A stretch of DNA of 51,809 nt, the filler included, from Sphacelaria rigidula (taxonomy: Eukaryota): NCBI GenBank assembly GCA_964200075.2. It is 3 parts of 3 records of this genome, joined end to end, with 100 filler letters (N's around TTAATTAATTAA, not from the genome) between each part and the next. Parts side by side here need not be neighbours in the genome. Positions count along the whole stretch, not along the records: positions 34,609 to 51,809 come from CAXNAA020001146.1; 2 more parts are not named here. One strand, 5' to 3'. Under the pieces are notes generated by a model. It had not been told where the DNA came from and ran no database searches. It was given only the letters and a program-made list of their open reading frames with translations. Within the stretch, counting starts at the first letter, position 1. Each line of letters starts with the position of its first letter. Made by a program: the position numbers and the translations under genes. Of the stretch, positions 35,832-46,700 are shown one piece after another.

Positions 35832-36366
35832 GTGGGCGGTCTAACTATTTTGGGGGGTTTGAGGGTTTCCTCGCATATTGCTCTTCGATAGAACTCGAAA
35901 TTGCTAGCGACGGTAGATTTTGGTACAACAAAGAGATCATCCTCGAAACACTGCCCACGTCAGTATTAGTTGGTGTTATCGGGCAATACGAGTAAATTCC
36001 CCGTTTATCAGGAGGGTGTTATTGACCGTGAAACACAGTTTTTCGGCTTTAGTGCCATGAGTACGTAGAATTGAAAAAAATGAAACTGCACATTTCTTCA
36101 TAAATATAATCGGAACAGGCTCGATCGACCGAAAATACCGAGGAGTAGGAATCTGGGCTGAAACGTGGCGGGACCCCCGATGACCGGTCAGTCCGTAACC
36201 CACTCAAAATTGAGTAAACATGATTTTTTCTTCTTGGAATGTAAAGCGGATACATGTTTCTTCAGATCCCCAATGTGATGAGCGGCGGCAAGCGAAAAGA
36301 GCCCACGAAAATCGTCAATTACCAAAAAATCACAAAATGCCCCAAAATGAATAGTTAGCCGCCCAC
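35832..36366. mobile_element. MITE, same family as 24562-25086, inverted
   Basis: gtgggcggtctaactatt ... aatagttagccgcccac; the internal sequence is the approximate reverse complement of the 24.6-25.0 kb copy. Confidence 0.8.
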
Positions 36367-36680
36367 TTTTTTTTTCTTTTCTTCACACTTTGAACCCCTC
36401 CCCTTCCTCGGGATGACTCCGTGGTCTCAAGGAATCAACTCATCTCTCCCCCGGTACGTGCCTTTCATTTTGATCTCGCGGATTGGATCAGCACTCCCGC
36501 ACCGCGGCAACTCACGTCACACAAACCCAGTCGACTACTTTTGTTCACTCACGTTCTCACGCTTTCTACGGTGGAAATCATACATAACGAAGAAAAAACC
36601 CAACGCATCGGGAGTCGAACCCCCGTTCTCTCCACCCTAGTGGCGACAGTCGGACCATTGCACCACCGGGGCGCGGTGGC
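36367..36680 (-). mobile_element. tRNA-derived SINE (family A)
   Basis: Minus-strand head ccgcgccccggtggtgcaatggtcc...gggttcgactcccg carries Pol III A and B boxes, and the copy has an A-rich tail. Homologous copies lie at 38111, 39565, 41425 and 45948. Confidence 0.8.
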
Positions 36681-37214
36681 ACTACTGTACAAGAAAAAAC
36701 ACATGCGCCGATATAAGAAAATAAATGCATGTACAGATACACTGGTACAGAGGTACAGAGGTACACACATTTACCACCACTACCAGCAACAAAGTCGCAT
36801 CACGGCACGTTCTGGGGGCAAAGCTTGTTCACGCTCCGGTCGGTGGACGATGACTCTATAATACTGCGGTATCGTGCGCTTGCCGAGGGAAATCGAAGAA
36901 GAGAAGCAAAATCTAGGAGTGCATATCGCGCGGGAATCGGCAAGGCAAGGAAACACGAAGAGTTGCAGTGGATGGCAAAACAAAAAGGGGGTAAGATGTC
37001 TGTTAAGGCTTGGTGTGATATACGGAAGAAACGGAATGAGCACCCAAATGTTGGGGGTGTCTCTATTAGGAGTAGGAACGGTTCTGTCCTCAAATTGATG
37101 CGTAGTCAATGGCCAAATGACTCAGGCAAGCAACAAATGAGTAGTCCCCCCCCTCCGTGTCCTTGGGCTTTTGGGTTTCTACCAGATACCCGGGTCACCG
37201 GACCCTGGTTGTAG

Positions 37215-37390
37215 AGGACGTATTCGGACTGCTGCTGAAGATGCCCACCGGCAGGCGGCAGCTCAGAACTTTTCGGCTGGGACACGTGCCCGAGGCTCTC
37301 GGTGGTGCAAACGGTGAGGATTTGCTGTGTGTGTCATACTCTACTGTGTTCATGGTGTTTACGCGTCTCCTGTGTTGTGCGTGTGCGCGA

Positions 37391-37430
<40 letters not shown>

Positions 37431-40400
37431 AACTGTCCCTTCGCGGTGTATTCGTTTTTTGTTTGTCTTGTTCGCTGTCGACATGCGACGAGATGCGCCA
37501 CTTCAGCTTTCGTGCGGTTTTTATTTCCAATACTCGATTTCTTCATTTTTTGTATCGCGTCTGTGTTGATTTTCCTGAGTTATATTGCATTTTTTTTTTA
37601 TTTCTCTGTGATCTCCTGATGACTCATATTGGGTAGTTGTTGCTTAGCCTGCGACCACGGAAAGGGTTCCTCCAGGTGCCCAATACGAAATGCAGAAGGT
37701 ACTGCACAGAGGTCGGAACGGTTTTCAAGGTAATGACAACAAGGCACCAACAGTACTTCGTATTTGATTCAACACGCAGCACTAGGTTGGCATGCTCCCG
37801 CATCCAGTAGTATCATGTGTGTATATAGTTTGGAGAAGCCGGCCATTTCTGTGTGTGTGTTGTGTGTTGTCATCGCATCCATTCCAGACGCCAGTCTACG
37901 CATTTCGATATATGTGGGCGCACCAGCCGGGGTCACACAGGAGGGAGGCCAACGCAGCATTTTTTTTGTTTTTTGTTTCAGTTCTCCACTTCACTTCTGC
38001 GGTGCTTGCCTTTATTTTTTTTTGCGAGAGGGGTTCCGCCGACCCTTTCCCTCGTCGACCGTTGAGTCGAATTTTGTGTACCCACGACGTGGTCGCTCTC
38101 GACTGTTTGTTGCCGCGCCCTGGTGGTTGCAATGATCCGACTGTCGCCATAAGGGTGGGAAGAACGAGGGTTCGAGTCCCGATGCGTCGGGGTTTTTCTT
38201 CGTAATGTATGATTTCCACGGTGGAAAGCGTGAGAATGTGAGTAAACAGAAGTAGTTGACTGAATTTGTTTGGCGTGACTTGACGCGGTGCGGGAGGGCT
38301 GACCCAATACGCGAGACCATAATGCAAGGCGTGTACTGGGGGGGGGAAGAGGGCTTGATCCCTTGAGACCGCGGACTCGTCCGGAGGAAGGGGAGGGCTT
38401 CGAAGTGCGACACATGAAATAAAATGATGAAAAAATACGAACTGTTGGGCATGGTGTGCGAAAATAATCCCCGACTGCTACGCGATTCGAACCCACGACC
38501 CAAATGACAGTAGGTTTCGAACTTACCAACTGAGCCACCGTGGCAACTTGTACACATTCTAGTTTCTTCCCTTCTTTGCTTTGTTCTGTTTTGCCTCCCT
38601 CTTTTTTGTTTTCTTGGTCTCTTCGGGTTCTCTGTCCTAGCTTCCTGTTTTTTTTTCGCTTTTCTTCTGCGATTTGTTGCATTTAATTTATACTCGGGCA
38701 CATCTGTCATGTGACCACGACTGGATCTCTGGGGAATCAGTTCAGGTGCAATAGTCAATCAGTCGAAATGTATGTTAGCAATGTGGAAACAGGTGAGGTA
38801 TGGATATCCTAGCTATTGCTTCGTAGCTCTATTTTAACTCATAAGCGATCTTCGGTGTTGCGTAACTTGTATTTTGCATGTCGGCGATGGATACTGCGTC
38901 CTACCCTCGTTCTACGCCCCCTGTCCCCGACATGCTCCTATCCAGGGTTCCTTTCCCGTCCCCCACCCCCCGCTTCAGGGTAAGGATTAGGTACGAGAGG
39001 AATAAATCGACCCAGGGTTGGTGAAATCATCCGAGTGTTTTCACGAGAAGATAGCGTGCGGGCGTGCAGGAATGGCAAAACGTTGTTCGTTTGCACTGAA
39101 TTCATTAGTCCTCCATGCTCTTGGGTCAGACAAATATCCTTCCACAACATGGGTATGATTTGGATCCCATTGTCTTATGTTCCCCCCCTCCCCCCTCCCC
39201 CGCCCCTCCCTGCGCACTCCCTTCCCAGGCGGCACCGACGGTTATATCCAAAACATCACGGCACTCATCATGCTTCTGGTGCAGTCTTGCGTGACATCCC
39301 CGCCGATACTGCCGAACGCCCCCCTGGCGACGACCGGTGACCCCCGCCGCGGTGGGAGTAACGCCGGCGTGTCCTCGTCGCCCGCCGCCGCGAGGGGGCC
39401 CGATGATGGCGCTGGCGGACGCAACCGGCGAAGGTCGATCGAGCAACAGGCGGTGCAGGCGGCAGGCGTGAATCCTGCAAAAGGCGCCGCTACGTTTTTT
39501 GCATCGAGGTTTCTGTCCAGGTATGTGTTCATTACTCTTTTTTTTTTATTCATTGCACTTCTTTGACCCCTTCCCCTTGGTCCGGCGAAAACCCGGCGTG
39601 CTCCGTCCCGGCATTGTAGGTGTGCGAGATCAATGGTCTTATGACTGTAGCATGCATGATCATGAGTACACCCTTGGTCGGGACGAGCCCGAAGTCTCGA
39701 GGGATTGATCCATCGCTTTCTCCGTTTCCCCCGGTACACGCGTTGCAATTTGGTCTCTATCGTGGATTTTGGATCAGCACTCACTCGCCGCATCTCGTGG
39801 ACTTCCGCCAAAATGAAATAGCTTTGCTTCTCATTGGACTTCCGTCTTCACGTTTTCAACGACGGAAAAATGAAAAATAGACACTCTACAGGGTAACAAA
39901 ATGCATTTGTCGGCAATCGATTTCACTTTGTTTCCAATCTAATGCACCATTGGACCACCGATCTAATATATGTATACCGTTATTGTGCGAGTCATCGCAC
40001 ACCCCCTGGACCGAATTTCAAAGCTCGATTACTCGACAACAAGAGGAGAGAGCATCAGTTCTGAAAAGGGTGACGCTGGAAAGATCTCGTCGATAGCTGT
40101 CCGAAAACGCGTCGTTTGGTATTGGCACCCTTTTCGTCATGGAGTAATGGAGCTTTGAAATTCGGTCCAGGGGGTGTGCGATGACTCGCACAATTGCGGT
40201 ATTACACACACATATACAAGGTTCCCCTTCGAGAGGTTGGTACGGGCCTCCCGGGCGTGACGCAAGTCGAAAATATATGGCCAGGAGAGACTGTTGTATC
40301 TCAATGCTCAGTAGTGATCGTGGCTGTACAAAACATCGCATGTCGTTCGGAAATATGGGAATTCGGACGAACACCGACGGCGGAACCGCCGGCGTAGGAC

Positions 40401-43400
40401 ATTTGTGGTGTTCCCGAGGTGCCAGAGTGCGAAGTTACTCTCGTGCCACAAAGACATGACCGCGGGAGGCACTCCCGAAAACTTGGAACAAGTGAAATAT
40501 TCTTGGCATGTTCTTTGTACATACATCACTGAGGCTTCCACATCACGGGGTCATTTTTGAAAACAAGGTGATTGTTTTTTGCGGCAAAACATTCCTGTGC
40601 TGACGTGCTGCGTGCTGATGTGCCGTGTTCAACCCGTCAACGGCCCATTGCACGATCTTGTGTTTGCTGGTGACTAAGGCCAAGGCAATATTGAAGTGTT
40701 TTCAACTGCTTTGCTCTCATGTTCGCGTGATATCGGTGGCATGACCAGTGTGTTCGTGCTCTCCCAAATGAACGAAAACGCGACAAAGAGAATCACGGGG
40801 GAAGAACACCCCGCCAAACGTAATCCTACTTGAAATTTTCCATGATCTTCGACGTGCTTTTTTTGTAGTTCGGGTTCTTGTTTCAAGTTTTTAATGATCT
40901 TGAAAAGGCTTTTTGCGGTTCGGGATCGACACCCCGCAAAAAATCCAGTTTAAGCGACTTTCGGTGGCCAGAACACGCGCCACAGGCATCAAATGACACC
41001 CAAACCTGAACGGTAATGTACCGCTGAGCCTCCTCAGTGCGCTGAAGAAGAAAGCGTGGGAGAAATTGCCGTGCTGCCAGAGTAAACTCGGCAAAAGTGG
41101 TGAAAATGTGCAATAATACATGTACATATATAGATATATATTCCTTGAAGAAAGGAGGATACCTGACCCAGCACTTACCCCGCGATCGGGTTTATGTGCA
41201 GATTACCCAGAAGCTCGGCTACACCACCGTGTGGCGATCATATGGGGGAGGCGCGTCGAGCGTTCGAATGGCTTTGCTCGCGGTAGTGTGGGGGGTTGAA
41301 CCCACTCAAACCCCCCTGTCAACGTGTCGCAGTGCACCTGCCGCCCTACTCTTATGAGCTTCGGCCCTAGATGCGTGGTTATATGTGCGTGCATGATGGC
41401 TTTCAGCACGTCTGTGTGTGCCGCCGTGCCCCAGATCTGAGGATCCCACTGTCGCCGTTAGGGTGAAAAGAACGTGGGTTCGATTTCCGACGCGTTTTTT
41501 TTTCTTCTTTTTTTCCGGAGCATATGATTTCCGCCGCTGAACGCGTAAGGACGTTCGTGAGTTGATAAGACTGAGTTTGTTCGACGAGAGCTGATGCGGT
41601 GCGGCAGTGCTGACCCTTGCCCAATCTCCGAGACCAAAATACGAAAGGCGTGTACCGGGTAAATATTATTCGATGCCTTAGGTGCGCATGGACTCTTCCC
41701 GAGAGAGGGGAGGAGTTTAAAGTGCTTTCTCTGTACTTTTTTACTATTAAGCCACGTGCGCTTGCTTACCTGAATGTTATGTTGCAAGTTTCGGTTTTTT
41801 TTTTTTCCTGCCCATGTTTTTGTTCTTCACTTCGAGTACGTAGGCAGCACGTGCACTCATTTACGTTTATGACGTCGAGGTTTTCTATTAACCCTTGTGG
41901 GAACCCATTGACGATTTTTATTTTTTTGTGAATCGGCATCATTTTGGCTTGAGAATGACTGAAGAATGATGCCAATTCACAAAAACATGAATCGTCAAAG
42001 GGTTCCCAAAGGGTTAATACTCCTCTTTATGTTGATGTCATATACGATGTTGAAATATATATTCGTTGAGAGTATGTTCGGCGAATATTTCATATGTCGG
42101 ACAGCTCATGAGCTAGCTACTTGAACTAACTAATCGAAGGGAACTCTCAGATCGGTTGTACAAAAACACGAAGCACGTGATAGCAGTGTCCGAGAAGTCA
42201 AAGCGTTACCTTCCTGGTACACCGCGTGCTCAGCGTACATCGCTGTCGGGAGCTAATAAGGAAATAGTGGCTAAATGGGCTAGCTCATGATCCGGATCAG
42301 TACTTTAAGAAGAAGTAATATCCGGGTAGCTCATGAGCTGTTCGGCGTGTGGAATATTCGTATACTTCGGAGCTGGATTTACGTCTAACGCCACGTGGTA
42401 ATGTGGCGTGTGTCGTCGAAAGGTGAGTGCTCAGGCACCAACTCTGCGGTCAAGGATTCAAATTCCCCAGCGGATGGGATTGAGTGAGTGATTGACTTAT
42501 TGTCGCACATCAAGTCATCCTTCAGGGATGCAGTCGTGGTCACTAGACATGGACGTACTGCCGTAAAAGTGCAAGCCGTCGCACAGTGTGCGATCGCTAA
42601 TAATTGTATACATGATGTTGGAAAAAAAATATCCTTTCTCCTCGCACCTCTGTCTCGGACTTGTGCGATGTGTCCGACCCCGGTTCGGAAATCGAATTAA
42701 ATCACGTGGCTTGCTATTTTAACGCACGCCCCTGTGCGATAAATCTGACCTGTGCGATTTTGAACCTCATCACATCATCGGTGATGCTGGTATTTCAACC
42801 CTTTTGGAACCGTTGATGGGAAAATGACGTTTTGCAATTGACGTTTTCTTGGGCAAGACATGGTTGTTTTTCTGCAACGGTTGATGATACACCACCACTT
42901 ACATCACCAAAGCGGCGCACCACTCTAAGTTCAAGTTCAATAATGTGACAGATTCGTGCACCTTACTATAAGTTGCGTTTTCTCGGTGACGAAAGCTCGC
43001 ATATGGGAGTATGTACTGTTTTTCGCGAGTTCCGAAAGGGCTAACGTTACACGGTTAGGGCAAATTATCATGACTACGAATCACCAAATCCACGATTCCT
43101 TCGGCCTGATTGCTCAAAAGGGAGAAAAAAAGTCGATCGCTGGTCCAAGGCGTATCCACGCAACTTTTGCGCCATTCCAGGTGTCTGGGCTGCGTGTACC
43201 TGGGTTGCAACGCTGAAAACAAAGCCTAGGGATTGATTCGTACGAGTCGAATCAATTATACTAGTACCAAGCAATTTCCAGACGAATTATATTTATCCGA
43301 CCCTTGTAATGTTACCCCTGTGCGATAACCGCAATGAGGGTGATCGTACTACGTGGTGTTTTTATCGTGAGACACCCATGAGGCAGCGCGACCCGTGGCT

Positions 43401-43673
43401 TTGGAAGTGGCGATACCGGAGAATTTAGCAACTGATTGGAGACTGTCATCCAAATGGAAGATAATCAGTACGCTTCGGGCTGAACAGGACAATCTTAGCC
43501 GGATGCAGCTCGCCCTTCATGCGACTCGCCGAACCCATCATGGCGCTTGGCCCTTAGTGATTGGTTGCGAGCCTCGTCCGGCGCAAACCCATCGTGTTCC
43601 CGGCCCCGGCTTTGTGAGGACGTGAGGTCAATGGTCTTCCGACTACGGCATGCAAGATCATGAGTACAACCAC

Positions 43674-43713
<40 letters not shown>

Positions 43714-46700
43714 ACCACCACCCAACCCACACGCAACAACCCCACCNNNNNNNNNNGGGCCCGGGCTGGGGGTTCGACCGTTGCGCCCTCCCCCCCCCAA
43801 AACAAAAAAAAAAACCCCCCCCCCCCCCCCCCCCCCCCCCGCCCTTCCCTGAATCACACACGGGTGCGATCGCGTGTGTACACAGATGCTCCAGTAAAGA
43901 GGAAGGAGCAAACTTCCAGCCTTTGCTTGGTAACGTGGTGGATGACCTGCTGGCGGCGGTGTTACTCCCTGAGTGGCCGGCGGCGGAGCTTCTTCTTCAT
44001 GCACTGTACGTTATTTCTTCGCTCAAGATAACGTTTTGCCCATCATCCATTTCACGTGTATTGAATCAAATGAAGGAATTACAGTAACACAGAAAATACG
44101 CGGCTAGAACTTGAAAGTACTCTCAAATATTTTTTCACATTCATGTATGTAGAAATATGTGTTTTATCTTGTGCCTGCCGGGATCACACAGGAGTTTTTT
44201 TCTTTCTTGATTGTCGCACTTCTCCACCTTCCTTTTGCGGTGCTTGCCTATCTCTTTTATCTCGAGATGGGTTCAGCACTCCCTTTCCCTCGTCGAGCAT
44301 TACGTCGAGTTGTGTGTACCCACGACATAGTCGCTCTCCACTGTCGGGCATTGTGTGAGAAAAAATCCCAGATCGTTCCGAAAATTGAACCCACGACCGA
44401 ACCGTCAGAAGTGTTCGAGGTTACCAGCTGAGCCACCGAGGCGACCGGCTTTCTATGCACGAGATTATTTGGCGTCTGAGCGTGCGGGTCGCAACTGATG
44501 CGTGCATGCGTGTTGAAGATGATATGTTCGAGCTAATTGTCTCTCCCTTCAAGTGCGTCCCCCCCCCCCTCCCCTCCCTCCCCTCCTAAAGACAAGCAAC
44601 ATATGGGTACGCTCTCCCCCCCCCTCCCCCGCCCTGCCTCTCATCCTGAAACTGGGCTATTTGCTCTCTGGATTCCTTTCTCTCATTTTTTCATCCTTTT
44701 CCTGCTGTTCGTAACAACCTGCGGGGTCATTTGTTCTCTCGTATGTGTACTCTATTGTAGGAAAAAATATGTGTGGGCATTGATGACAATTTTTCACGTG
44801 TCTACTGTGCTATAGCTGCTCTTGCTCCCTCTCTCCCTCTCCCTCTCTGCTTACATTTTGTCTTCGTGTGCGATGTTTTTGCCATTTCTTTCCATTTTTC
44901 ATTTATTAGTAATACACTCTGATCAATCTCGCTGTATTTTTGGTATATATTTTCCCATAGTTTTCTTCATTGCTGCGACGTAGAATGTCTGTCATCTCCA
45001 TCAGTATATATGGTTGCTGCCCCCCCCCCGCCCTCTCCCCCCCTTTTTTTTGTCAAGGTGCCGCGCGCTTATCAAGGACCTAAAAGATCATAAAGGTAGC
45101 GGCGGCAGAGACCAGCAGTATCTCCTGATGGCCATGGACGTGCTCGGAAAGGTTGCCGGCGGCCTTGCAGATATTACAAGGTGTGACGAGGAACGTTCCT
45201 GTTATCTCCCGCCTGTTTCCCCCATCTCCGTAATGGAATGAGCAGTATAAAGTATGTGTGTATGTATGTAGGTACGTACGTACGTACGTATGTATGCATA
45301 TACGTACGTATGTATCGTATGGTACTGCACTTACCACCTCTACTGACCCGTCCCGCTTACTTATGATCCGAGTCCGTCATCCCGGCTCCGTCAACCGTAG
45401 GATTATCATCCTCCAATCTGCGAATAAACCAGGCTTTTCCCTCCGCGTCTTGGTTTACTTTCAATGGTGTCTTGGGTAGGGTAACTATCCGGGTATTTAC
45501 TTACTCTTGCACATTTCGTGTTGCGATAATCTGATATCCCCACTCTACTCAATATCTGGGTATTGTCGGGTATAACGTCAAAACTTTTACCCAAGTCTTG
45601 GTTACTTGGAGTACGATTTTTTAGAATCCCCATGTAGGTATTACCCTACACAACAAACCCTTGATGAACTCGCACGCCAATCGTATTGGCTACTAACCGT
45701 GTGGACTAGTTGGCACTTCTATGACAGGTTACGGAGCACTGTGTAGTGAATTTTTCCCGGTTGAACGGCTCTGCGGAATACTCAGAGGTGATGAATTGAT
45801 ACGGGTTAGTACATCGAACATGTAACGATAATATTGTAGGGATAACCACGAGGCCTAGGATTGTAATGGTTCACGGATTACTATATTGACCATGATATGT
45901 AATGATACGGATTACTATGTGGACTATGATGGTGATGCAACGTGAGCTTTTGTGTTTTTCGTCACACTTCGAACCCCTCCCCTTTCTCGGGACGAGTCCG
46001 TGGTCCCAAGGAATCACACCCTGGACAAAAGAATACACAGTCGAAAAGTGTACTACGTGCAGTATCGACTATTGCGCCTATTGCAACAGCCAATAGATTC
46101 CACTCACTGGACAATAGATTCCATTGTCAAAAAATGTACTGTGCACGGTATGGAATCTATTGATTATTGCAATAGACGCAACAGTCGATACTGTACACAG
46201 GCACTTTTTGACAATGGAATCTATTGTCCAGGGTGTGATAGATTCCATACTGTACGCAATACATTTTTTTAACAAGAGAAGTATTGCCCAGGGTGTGCAA
46301 GGGATCAACCTATCTCTCCCTTGGTACACGTGTTCGATTGCGGTACCGCGGATTGGATCATGACGAACAATCCCGCATGACGTCGACTAAGAAACTCTGT
46401 CAAACAGCGTCTTTTTTACTACTCGCGTCCTCCCGCTTCCTTTAACGATGGAAAGCAGATACTTTGCACATCCTGGACAAAATATATGGTCAATATATGC
46501 AATAGACAAGATATGTACTGGACAGATGAACTATCGACCTATTGCAACTATTGACGGCCGACAATAGTTGCAATAGGTTTGTTTTTTACCCAGTACATTT
46601 CCGTCTATTGCGTCGATTGACCGTATAATGTCCAGAATATGATACCTTGAAGAAAGTCCAAACGCATCTGACGGTGATTAATCCTGCGTTTTTTCTACAC

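Noticed and set aside
38470..38545. Functional tRNA genes at the SINE heads (also 36600-36677, 38111-38190, 44380-44448, 18115-18185, 42390-42470)
   Set aside because: A and B boxes are present but the cloverleaf stems are broken. Most heads continue into a shared non-tRNA body.
37978..38758. Long ORFs of 234 and 248 aa
   Set aside because: They are chance open frames through nested SINEs in an SCC2 intron.
43675..43845. Poly-Pro/poly-Gly ORFs and potential G-quadruplex
   Set aside because: Long C homopolymers around a 10-N gap (43747-43756) indicate unreliable sequence, and the region is intronic.
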